DNA of 64,000 bases, taken from the NCBI GenBank assembly GCA_963663035.1, contig OY760074.1, forward strand, positions 1,952,001 to 2,016,000, given 5' to 3'. Below are positions 43,115-53,400 of the stretch, in pieces. Source of the stretch: Acidobacteriota bacterium (GTDB taxonomy: Bacteria > Acidobacteriota > UBA6911 > RPQK01 > JADFOI01). The first letter of the stretch is position 1. Each line of letters opens with the position of its first letter. The notes beneath the pieces are model-generated. The model saw nothing but the letters and a program-made list of their open reading frames with translations. It did no database searches and was not told the DNA's origin. A program made the translations under genes and the position numbers.

Positions 43115-44038
43115 ATGATGTCCACAAATCAGCTCTTAAGCGATTGTCACTGTCATTTTTTCTCGCCTGCCTTCTTCCAGGCGCTGGCCCAGGAGAAGGG
43201 AGTCGAGGCCGCTCAGGATCCCGTAGCAGAGATTACCCAGCTACTCGGTTGGGAGGCTCCGGTTTCGTCCCAGGAGCTGGCTAAACGTTGGGTCCAGGCA
43301 CTGGACCAAAGTGAAGTCGACCGGGCGGCTCTCATTGCCAGCGTTCCAGGTGACGAAGAATCAGTGGCGGTCGCCATAGCCCAACATCCTGATCGGTTTG
43401 TGGGGTTCTTTATGGTGGATCCATCCCGTGAGGGGACGGAGGAGAGAATCCGGAGGGCCGTCAGCGAACTCGGCCTGCGCTGCATCTGCCTGTTTCCCGC
43501 CATGCATCAGTTTCATCTCTATGAAGAGAAGGCCATCAAGGTTTTTGAAACAGCGGCTTCCTTGAAGGAAGCTGTGGTCTTTGTCCACTGCGGCCTGCTG
43601 TCTGTTGGTGTGCGAACGAAATTGGGTTTGCCCAGCCGGTTTGCCATGCGATTTTCCAACCCGCTGGACTTACATTCCGTTGCCCTGAGTTATCCCGAGG
43701 TGCCTATGATCATCCCCCATTTCGGTGCCGGACTCTTCAGAGAGGCGCTCATGGTAGCTGATCTCTGTCCCAACATTTACCTGGATACATCCAGTTCCAA
43801 CAGCTGGATCAAGTTCCATCCCTCTCTGACTCTGGAAGAGGTGTTCGGTCAAGCACTCCAGGTCGTGGGAGCAGATCGACTTCTGTTTGGTACAGACTCT
43901 TCCTTCTTTCCCCGCGGCTGGCAGCGCAGCGTCTGGGAAACTCAGGTTGCTGTTTTGGAGAGTCTCGGCGTGGATGAACTGACCAAGGAAAAGTTTTTCA
44001 GCGGCAACTTCAACCGGCTGTTCCCCCAGCCGTTATGA
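43115..44038 (+). CDS. Amidohydrolase_2 family metallohydrolase
   Basis: DCHCH, FVHCG, IPHFG, YLDTS, LLFGTDS; start after the MITE (43115 or 43118), not 43016. Confidence 0.85.
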   Translation: MMSTNQLLSDCHCHFFSPAFFQALAQEKGVEAAQDPVAEITQLLGWEAPVSSQELAKRWVQALDQSEVDRAALIASVPGDEESVAVAIAQHPDRFVGFFMVDPSREGTEERIRRAVSELGLRCICLFPAMHQFHLYEEKAIKVFETAASLKEAVVFVHCGLLSVGVRTKLGLPSRFAMRFSNPLDLHSVALSYPEVPMIIPHFGAGLFREALMVADLCPNIYLDTSSSNSWIKFHPSLTLEEVFGQALQVVGADRLLFGTDSSFFPRGWQRSVWETQVAVLESLGVDELTKEKFFSGNFNRLFPQPL

Positions 44039-44053
44039 GATTTAAATGACGGC

Positions 44054-44794
44054 TCAAGATTCGTCAGCTTGCTTTGCCGTTTTACAGTCGAACATGTCAC
44101 ATATCAAGTACATTTCAGCCCAATCTGGATACACAATGTTTTTCCCGTGATAGGGCGAGTCATCAAGGGTGAGATCAGTACTACGGACTCCATCCTTTTC
44201 GAAAAAATGCATCTGACTTGAAAGGGTGTATCGATTTCCACTGGAATCTATCACGTTAACAGGCGCATATCCCATCGACCTTTCCCGAGCAACCATTGTC
44301 GCCGCACGAACATTGGCAGGCAATGCGTCGTCTGATGGCGATATCCCATGGCTATCATCCAAAATCGTGACACTTTGATCGATCGGAAACTTTCCAAAAC
44401 AGTCACCTGTAGTGGCAATGAGGAGTGCCTTTTGCACCCGCAGGCCATTTGGCAGCCTAATTTTACACGGGAAATATACATCCTTTCCGTAGTGGTCCGG
44501 TGCACCTATAATTTGATTTAGAATTTCCATTTGACTGATCGTCGGGATCCACGACTGCGATTTCCATTGTGCGTATAATTCATGTCTGGCAACCTTGTTG
44601 ATAAACTGCGCGTTATCCGCAAGAACCCACAGGGTTTCACATGTATCACATTGATATTCGATGACTGTCTTGATCTTTGAAATCGCGTTGATATTCTTAG
44701 AGTGACCAATCAAAGATTTATGAATGCCGTCCACCTCACACGAGCGGCATCTGTTCCGCCATTTGCTATATCTGTCGAGTATCTTCGAGATCAT
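44054..44794 (-). CDS. Hypothetical protein, AT-richer than neighbours
   Basis: 246-aa ORF with two CxxC pairs (CRSC, CDTC); no family recognised. Confidence 0.6.
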   Translation of the reverse strand: MISKILDRYSKWRNRCRSCEVDGIHKSLIGHSKNINAISKIKTVIEYQCDTCETLWVLADNAQFINKVARHELYAQWKSQSWIPTISQMEILNQIIGAPDHYGKDVYFPCKIRLPNGLRVQKALLIATTGDCFGKFPIDQSVTILDDSHGISPSDDALPANVRAATMVARERSMGYAPVNVIDSSGNRYTLSSQMHFFEKDGVRSTDLTLDDSPYHGKNIVYPDWAEMYLICDMFDCKTAKQADES

Positions 44795-44944
44795 GTGTCG
44801 CCTAATTACTGATTATCTGGTTTCCAGATAAGTCCGATATGGGTTGACACCAACGCCGGCTGTGCTCTAAATTTTTCTAGACATCGGTTAACTTCTCTCC
44901 CTTAGGATGTCCGCAACACAGGCGGCTTGGAAAGGAACGATCAC

Positions 44945-45307
44945 ATGGCAAAGGTACGATATTTCGTGGACGACGTGGACGTCGCTGTCAGCTTCTACGT
45001 CCAACATCTAGGCTTTGAATTGAATTTTAATGCGGGGCCTTTTGCGATGATAGCGAAAGACGACCTCACCCTGTGGATCAGCGGCCCGAAGACCTCGGCA
45101 GCCAAGCCCATGCTCGACGGTCGTGTGCCGAAACCCGGAGGATGGAATCGATTCGTTTTCGAGGTTGACGACATTGAGACCGTGGTTGCATCAATGAGGC
45201 AGGCAGGCATCAAGTTCCGCAACGAAATCATCAGCGGCGTTGGCGGGAAGCAGATCATCGCCGAGGACCCGTCTGGCAACCCGATTGAAGTGTTCCAGCC
45301 GGCGTGA
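44945..45307 (+). CDS. VOC/glyoxalase family protein
   Basis: VRY.VDDV..AV.FY...LGF, PGGWNR...V.D, DPSGNPIE.FQP; SD AAGGA before ATG 44945. Confidence 0.9.
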   Translation: MAKVRYFVDDVDVAVSFYVQHLGFELNFNAGPFAMIAKDDLTLWISGPKTSAAKPMLDGRVPKPGGWNRFVFEVDDIETVVASMRQAGIKFRNEIISGVGGKQIIAEDPSGNPIEVFQPA

Positions 45308-45328
45308 CTTTAGAATCTGAGTCTTGTA

Positions 45329-46264
45329 TTAGCTCTCGGCCCGCTTGATAGACTCTCGAACCTCCTCGAAAGTTAGGACCCGGACTCTGGTAGGGACGGA
45401 TTTTCCGCGCACAGTCACGACTTCCTCCCGCCCCTGCAAGATCTCCCCGGGTAGGTGGCAGAAGGAGCCTTCACTGATGACCACGTCACAGTTCCACTCC
45501 TTGGTTGTACTCTCCAACCGGAAAGCCAGATTTACAGCGTCGCCCAGGGCAGTGTTGTCTGCCCCCACTCCCAGGGCAGCCTCGCCTGAATTAATACCGA
45601 CTCCCACCCGTAGTTCCGTTGTCTCCGGCAGGTACTTCTTTCCCAGATTTCGGGTTAGCTCCTGAATTTCACAGGAGGTTCGCAGGCTTTCCAGGACATG
45701 CTCGCCGGGATCTCCCTCGTTGTCCCACACGGCCATTACGGCGTCGCCGATGAATTTATCTACTCTTCCATTCCTCTTTTCCACAGCCTTCTCTACCACC
45801 TCAATCCATTGGGACATCACCTCGGTCAGATTCTCGATCGAGATCGACTCCGCCAGTTTGGTAAAGCCACGAATATCGGCCACCAGAATGGTCGTGAGCA
45901 CCACCCTCGAAACCACGTGCAGGGTGGTCGCTTCTACTGTGAGCCCCTCATCCGGCAGAACCTTCTCGGAAATCTCCTTCTGGTGGAAAATGAAGGATGT
46001 GCTCCCAATGGCGATCACATCACCGGACTGCAGAAGCTTGGGAGTGGAGATCCGCCGATCATTGAGGAAGCTGCCATTTCGACTACCTAGATCAATCAAG
46101 TAATACTGTTCACGGCCCACCATACGAATCAGGGCATGACTGAGCGACACCGTCGTGTCGTCCAGCGGAACAGTGTTGGCTGCATCCCTCCCGATAGCCA
46201 CCACCGACCCGCAAGGGTACTTCAGGTTTTTCTCCCCTTGAAAAATCTCTATGTGAGCTGGCAT
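45329..46264 (-). CDS. FHA-domain class III adenylate cyclase
   Basis: FHA GR...VS..HA...DLGS.NG; cyclase ADIRGFT, DKFIGDA, TALGDAVNLAFRLE, VRGK. Confidence 0.9.
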   Translation of the reverse strand: MPAHIEIFQGEKNLKYPCGSVVAIGRDAANTVPLDDTTVSLSHALIRMVGREQYYLIDLGSRNGSFLNDRRISTPKLLQSGDVIAIGSTSFIFHQKEISEKVLPDEGLTVEATTLHVVSRVVLTTILVADIRGFTKLAESISIENLTEVMSQWIEVVEKAVEKRNGRVDKFIGDAVMAVWDNEGDPGEHVLESLRTSCEIQELTRNLGKKYLPETTELRVGVGINSGEAALGVGADNTALGDAVNLAFRLESTTKEWNCDVVISEGSFCHLPGEILQGREEVVTVRGKSVPTRVRVLTFEEVRESIKRAES

Positions 46265-46559
46265 TTGTTTAATTGATTGTAGTTTTCGACTCTATAAACG
46301 GCAAGGAAATTCAGCATGAGACCGAGGAGGCACCTTCCTGAGCCTTCTGGAGAAGTTTTCTTTTGATCTCATCTGTTCTAGAATAGTGAAGAGATCGCGA
46401 GCACTAGAATCAAATACTGGGATTTTCCTGTCCCCGTTCCGAACGAGTTGCGAGCTGCTTTTCGGAAGATCACGGATCTCCGAGGTTTTTAACAAGTTCG
46501 TGTCGAAGTCATTGGCCCTATTCAGACCAGCCCAACCCAACAAAAGATTAGAATGAGAG

Positions 46560-47351
46560 GTGCTTCAATTGATGGAATGGGCCGTGCTTTCGGACATCGG
46601 AACAACCCGGCAGACGAACGAGGATTCCTACCTGGCAGATCCGGAAAAACAGCTCTATATCGTGGCAGATGGGATGGGCGGGCAGGCGGCCGGAGCGGTT
46701 GCTTCGAAGCTGGCTGTCTCCGTAATCTCCGACTTCATCGAGAGCGCAGAAAAGCCTAGTGAGCTCACTTGGCCCTTTGGTTTCAACGATTCCCTTCCCC
46801 ACCAACACAACGTCTTGAAAACCGCGATTTTACTCGCCAATTCAAGAGTGCTGCAAAAAGCTGAACAGATGGAGAAGGACCTCAAGATAGGGACAACCCT
46901 GATCGCCGTGTGGGTCCAGCAGCGGACGGCGCATTACAGTCACGCTGGTGATTCCCGTCTCTACCTGTTGAGAAAAGGGGAACTCACTCAACTGACGGAA
47001 GATCACACTTTGGTACAGGAGCAGTTGAACAGAGGCATCATTACGCAAGAGGAAATGGAAGATCATACTTTACGGCACGTGATCACGAGATCCATAGGAG
47101 GCAGAGAGAATGTGGAAGTTGAAGTGGAAGAACTCCCTCTTGCAGTTGGGGACCAACTTCTCCTCTGTTCAGATGGTCTAAGCTCCTCTTTAGGAAATGA
47201 AGATATCTCTCGGATTCTTCAAGCTGAAGCGGACCTGGAAATAGCTTGTGAACAACTCATTCGGTCGGCCCTGGAGGCCGGGAGTCGAGACAACATCACA
47301 GCCGTTCTCTTGAGGTTGATGCCGATTGAAAAAGTCGTACGAAGGGTGTAG
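46560..47351 (+). CDS. PP2C/Stp1 Ser/Thr phosphatase
   Basis: R..NED, VADGMGG, GTT, GDSR.Y, LLCSDGL, G..DNIT. Confidence 0.93.
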   Translation: MLQLMEWAVLSDIGTTRQTNEDSYLADPEKQLYIVADGMGGQAAGAVASKLAVSVISDFIESAEKPSELTWPFGFNDSLPHQHNVLKTAILLANSRVLQKAEQMEKDLKIGTTLIAVWVQQRTAHYSHAGDSRLYLLRKGELTQLTEDHTLVQEQLNRGIITQEEMEDHTLRHVITRSIGGRENVEVEVEELPLAVGDQLLLCSDGLSSSLGNEDISRILQAEADLEIACEQLIRSALEAGSRDNITAVLLRLMPIEKVVRRV

Positions 47352-47405
47352 AGACCACAATGGGCTAACATTTTCAGTAATCAAGTCTGAGTAGAGATAC
47401 CCAAT

Positions 47406-50400
47406 ATGTCAGAAGAGTTGTTCTTCGATAGATACGTCCTAAAGAAACCACCAATGGGTGAGGGTGGAATGGGTGCGGTCTACGAGGCTTACGACCAGAA
47501 GCTCGGTTGTCGTGTTGCCATCAAGATGATGAGCTCCGAGGTAGCGGCCAACAACGAGTTTCGCAGGCGATTCTATTGGGAAGCCTCTTCGGCTGCCAAA
47601 TTTCGAGACTGCGCAAACATTGTAACGATATTCGACTACGATGTGGCTGAGGGAGATCAACCTTTCATCTCGATGGAGTTTCTGGAAGGTCAGGACCTGA
47701 AAGCCAAGCTGAAGGAGTCCTCACCGCTCGAACTACCTCTTTACGAATGTCAGGCTTTCAGCTTCAAGGAAAAACTGGAAATCATCGTTCAAGTCTGCCG
47801 TGGACTTGCCCGAGCTCACAGCGGCGAAGTGTTTCATCGAGATATCAAGCCAGGGAATATCTTCATCACCCGTGAAGGACCCGTCAAGATCCTGGATTTT
47901 GGCGTTGCTCGGATCATGGACTCCACTTTAACCCAAGAAAATGTGACTTTGGGAACCCTTCCCTGGATGTCACCCGAACAGATAAGGGGTCGCCCTGTTG
48001 ACGGACGAAGTGATGTCTGGAGCACCGGGGTTGTCCTTTACGAAGTCCTCTGTCACCGCCGGCCTTTTCTCGGAGACCAGATCGCACTGGTTCGTCAAAT
48101 CTCCTCCGAAGCCTATCCCCCACTCACCAGGTACCTGCCCGCTTGCGCCAAAGAACTGGAGGAGTTGGTGGGTCGCGCCCTGGCGAAAGACCCGGCACAG
48201 CGTTTTGCAACTGCTAACGACATGGCCAACTCTTTGGAGGAATTCAGTCGACTGCTGGACTCTAAGGAGCAGGAACTCTTCTCAGAAGTCGAGAACCTCC
48301 AAGAACTTCTCCGGAAGTGGCGTTCTGAGGCGGGCGAGTTGCAGGTCCCAGCTATTTTAGAGGGTTCCGTCTTCACCAGAGAGGCAGACCCAGACCAAAC
48401 AACGCCGCTATGGAAAGTGGACTACGGGACTCTTTTGGAGCGCCACAATGAACTCTTCGGATGGTGGCAGCTCTTCAATGACCATCCCGATAGAGTGACT
48501 CCAGTATTTGAACTTCTGTCCAAGAGTACAGAAGAGTTCGAGACAGCAGATATCTTGTCTTGCTTGGAAACCCTCAAGCAAATCAAGAGTTTAGATAGCC
48601 GTATTGCCCACGTGGAGATGCTCGAAGTCGAATGTGGTTGGATCTTGGGTCAACCTCGCCAACGCCGTAAAGAGCTGATTGATGCGAAAGTTGGTCGCTG
48701 GCGTGAAGAGCAGCAGAAACTTGAGATTTACCTGAAAACGAGGGCAATGCTGGAGGAAGCAGAATCTTACCTCGAAGAGAAAGATTATCAGGCAGGGCTG
48801 GAGGCCGTTGAGAAACTGCTCACACTCTCTCCAAAGCACCCACAGGGACTGAAGATAAGAAGCTCAGCCGAACGGGCTATCGAGCGTCTCGGAGAAGTGG
48901 AGGAGGTGCTCAGCCGGGCAAAAGCTGCATTTGAGGCGGGCGATTACCAGACCTGTGTGGAAGCCACCGATCAAGGGTTGAGGCTGGATCCCGAACACGA
49001 TGAGCTCAAGAAACTCAATCAACTAGCCAAGGACGCGCTGGAGAGAAGTCGTCAGGTCAAGGATCTGTTCCAGCAAGCTGAACAGGCCCTGGATGCAGAA
49101 AATTACCCTTTGGTTCTCCAGTTGGCAGGAGAGGTTCTGTCCCTTGAACCTGATCACGAGGAGGCGCTACGGATCCAGAACCAGGCCAAAGGGGCCCAAG
49201 AGCGACGGCAACGAATCGAAGAACTCATGGCCTCCGCTCGAGCTGCCGTTCAGGCTCAAGACCCTGAATCCTGTCTAAAGGCCACAACGGAAGCACTCGA
49301 GCTGGACCCCAAAAATGGGGCATTACTGGCTCTTCAGCAGCAGGCTCAGGAGATTCTGGACCTGCGTGGGAAAGTTGAGAATTTACTCACGCAGGCTAAA
49401 CAAACCTTACAGGCCGAAGACTTCAAAGGGGCACTTCAGTTAGCCGACGAAGTGCTGAACGTGCGGGCTGAGGACGAGGAAGCCCTCAGTGTTCAGAAAG
49501 AGGCAAGAGAAGCGCTCGAACGCCAAGAGAGGATCGCCGAGCTGCTGACCTTTGGGCTCGCCGCCCTTGAAGCAGGCGAGTTTCAGACCTCTCTACGGCT
49601 GGCTCAACAGGGGCTCAAGCTAGATCTGGAGAACAGCGGACTAGAAGAGCTCCGGTCTCGCTCCCAAGAAGCCCTGGACAGCATTCAGAAGACTAAAGAG
49701 CTCTTGGCACAGGCCCATAAACTCCTTGAAGAAAACAACGAAACAGGGGTTCTCCAGGTCGTTCAGGAAGTCTTGGCCCTGGATTCGCAGAACACGTTGG
49801 CCTTACAGCTGAAGCAGGAAATTGCAGTTCGATCCGAAAACAGGGAACGGGAGCAGAAAGTCCTGGTCCTGCTTGCTGCTGCCCAGGAAGCTCACCAGGC
49901 TGGGAATTTCGAGAGCTGTCTCAGGTCTACCCGAAAAGCTCTCGCCCTGGCCCCCGACCATCCCGAAGTCAGAGAGCTGGATCGCTTGGCGATCGAGGCA
50001 CTGGAGAGAAATCGCAGGGTTGAAGCTCTTCTCAAGAAAGCCCAAAGAGCGCTCCAGGCAAAGGACTATCCTTCGGCTGCAGAAACTGCCCAGCAGGCTC
50101 TGGACCTGCAGCCTCAGGATCAATATGCCCTGCAGATTTGCCGAGAGGCAGCCGAAGCTCTTGAACGCCAGGAAAGAATATCCGAGCTGTTGCAAGAGGC
50201 ACAGGCATATTTCAGCAGTCAAGACTACGAGAGCTGTCTCAAGGCCTCTCAAGAAGGTCTGCAATTAGACCCACGGCACACAGAACTTGGCAAGCTGCGA
50301 AAAAAAACACAGGAAATACTCGATGAGATTGGCAAAATTGAACAGCTTCTGGGAGAGGCGCGCGAGGCTCTAAAGGATGACGACTACCCGGTCGCTCGAA

Positions 50401-53400
50401 AACGGGCGCGGGGCATTCTGGAACTGGAAAGTGACCACCCCGAAGCTCTCAAGATCGACGAAACAGCCACGCACGCGGTTAGGCGCCTGGTAGAGCTCAA
50501 CCAGATATTGGCTTCGGCGCAGCAGTCATTTGAGAAGAAACAATACCAGAATTGTCTGGAAGAGGTTCAAGAAGGGTTGAGGGTCGAACCCCAAAACGAG
50601 GGACTTTTACGACTTCAAGAGCAGGCTCAGGAGGCTCTGGAGAAGCTCCAAAAAATTGATGCATTGTTTGAGCAAGCACAAGAGTTGCTCGAGCAAAAAG
50701 AGGACGATCCCGTACTGGAAAAGGTCAGGGAGATCCTCTCGCTGGATCCGGAGAATGCCCAGGCAGTAAAGCTGAAGCAGGAACTTGCAGTTCGATCAGA
50801 AAACAGAGAACGGGAGCAGAAAGTCCTGGTCCTCCTTGCTGCTGCCCAGGAAGCTCACCAGGCTGGGAATTTCGAGAGCTGTCTCAGGTCGACCCGAAAG
50901 GCTCTCGCCCTGGCCCCAGACCATCCCGAAGTCAGAGAGTTGGATCGGCTGGCGATCGAGTCACTTGAGAGAAATCGCCGGGTTGAAGCTCTTCTCAAGA
51001 AAGCCCAAAGAGCGCTCAAGGAAAAAGATTATCCTTCGGCTACAGAAACTGCCCAGAAGGTTCTGGACCTGCAGCCTCAGGATCAATATGCCCTGCAGAT
51101 TTGCCGAGAAGCAGCCGAAGCTCTGGAACGCCAAAAAAGAATATCCGAGCTGTTGCAAGAGGCACAGGAATATTACGGCAGCCAGGACTACGAGAACTGT
51201 CTCAAGGCCTCTCAAGAAGGCCTGCAAATAGACCCACGGCACGCAGAACTCCGCAAGCTGCGGAAACAAGCTCAGGAGATACTCGAGAAAAGTCTCAAAA
51301 TTGAACAGCTTCTTGCAGAGGCGCGCGAGGCTCTAAAGGACGACGACTACTCTGTCGCTCAAAAACGGGCCCGGGGCATTCTGAAGCTGGAAAGTGACCA
51401 CCCCGAAGCTCTCAAGATCGACGAAACAGCCGCGCAAGGGGCCAGACGCCAGCAACAGCTGAACAAGATATTAGCTTCGGCGCAGCAGTCCTTAAAGAAA
51501 GGAGAATTCCAGAATTGTCTGGAAGGGGTTCAAGAAGGATTGAAAGTCGAACCCCAAAACGAGGGACTTTTACGACTTCAGGAGCAGGCTCAAGAGGCTC
51601 TGGAGAGGCTCCAGAAAATTGATGAATTGTTTGAGCAGGCACAAAGGTTGCTCAAGCAAAAACAGGACGATCCTGCAATGGAGAAAGTCCGCGAGATCCT
51701 CTCGCTGGATCCGGAAAATGTGCAGGCAATACAGCTTCGCAAGAAGGCTGTAGCTCGGTTAGAAGCCCGCGAAAAAGAGGAGAGAGTCTCGGATCTGCTA
51801 GCTCAGGCAGAGGAAGCTTACCAGCAAGGTGAGTTCAAGACTTGTCTGCAGGCAACTGCAGAAGCTTTAGTTCTGGCGCCCGCCCATCCAGAAACAAAGA
51901 CACTAGACCAAAAAGCCAGAGAGGCATATGAGAAGGAGCAGCAGGTGGAGGACCTTCTCGCTCGAGTCCACCGGTTCAGGACTGCTGAGAACTACCGGGC
52001 GGCGCTGGAAGCCACCGAGCAGGCCTTGGCCTTGCAACCTGACCTAGGGGAACTCCAAGAGATCAGGGATAGCATCACTAAGGCTCTGAGCCATCAGGAG
52101 ACAGTCAAAAAGCTGCGAACGAAGGCACGAGATCTCTACGAATCGGGGGACTATCACGGCTGTCTGAAGGCCTGCGACGAAGGACTGAAGTTAGAACCTG
52201 AAGAACGTGACCTGCTCCGCTTGAATCAGCTTGCTGCCGAAGCCATCAAACAAGAAAAGAGACTTGAAGACCTACTCGAGCAGAGCCGTCAGGCCCTGGA
52301 TCAAGGAGATTTCAGCCGCGCCCTGGGATTCTCCGAACAGGCTCTGACGATTGATCCAAATCATGGGGAAGCCCTGCAAATGCAAAAGGGGGCCAAGCAG
52401 GAAGCCGAGCGCAGGCAAAAGCTCGACAGCTTCCTCTTTTCCGCCAGACGGTTGTTTGAGGCAAAGGAGTACTCCAAATGTGTGCAGGCAGTGGAAAGCG
52501 GCTTGAAGCTGGACCGGGAGAACTCGGAACTGTCGGAACTTCTGGAACGTGCGCAGCAGTCTCTTGACAAGCAACTGCGCATAGGAGAACTGCTTTCCCA
52601 GGCACGAGAACTGTTCAAAGGAGCCAAGGATCGGGAGGTAGTCGTTACTGCGAAGGAACTTCTTGCTCTGGATCCAAAACATTCAGAGGGCCTTCAGCTG
52701 CTTGAGAAAGCGCAGGCTCGAATCAGAGCCAGAGAGCGCAGGGAGAGGGTAGATCAGCTTCTTGAAAAGGTCCGGAGGTCGTACCAGGCGAGCGAATACC
52801 AGAAGTGCTTAGAAGCCAGTAAAGAGGCACTGGCACTGGAGCCGGACTCTCCCGAGGTTACAGAATTTCAAGTCAAAGCCCAGGAAAAGCTGGAACAATC
52901 GGAGAGACAGGGGCGCTTACTGGAGGCGGCCGGAAAGAAACTGGAAGCAAAGGACTTCGGGGGTGCCATTGATCAAGCCCAGGCGGTCCTGCTTCTCAAT
53001 CCCGGCCAACCGGATGCCCTCAAGATTCAACAAAAAGCAGAGGAGGGATTGGAGCGGCAGAGACGGGGTGATGAATACCTGACGTCTGCCGAGGCGGCTT
53101 TTGAAGCGGAAAACTACAAGGCCTGTCTGGAGGCGGCCGCTCAGGGGCTCGAGGTACAACCGGAACAGGTTCGCTTCAAGCAGTTACAAAGACTGGCCGG
53201 GCGGGCCCTGCAAAAACGAGAGAAAACCATGAGTAGCCTTCTGGATAAGGCGAGAAGGCAGCTGAAGCTCGAGAACTTTCGCAAGGCTCTGACGCTGACA
53301 CAGGATATTCTGGCTTTAGATCCCGACCATAGAGAGGCCATTGAAATCCAGGAAACGGCGAAGGATGGCATTGAGCGTCTCGGACCCGATGCGGAACCTG

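Noticed and set aside
44795-44835. Integron attC site
   Set aside because: The core is ATTAGGC rather than GTTRRRY, no matching RYYYAAC follows the gene, and no intI is present.
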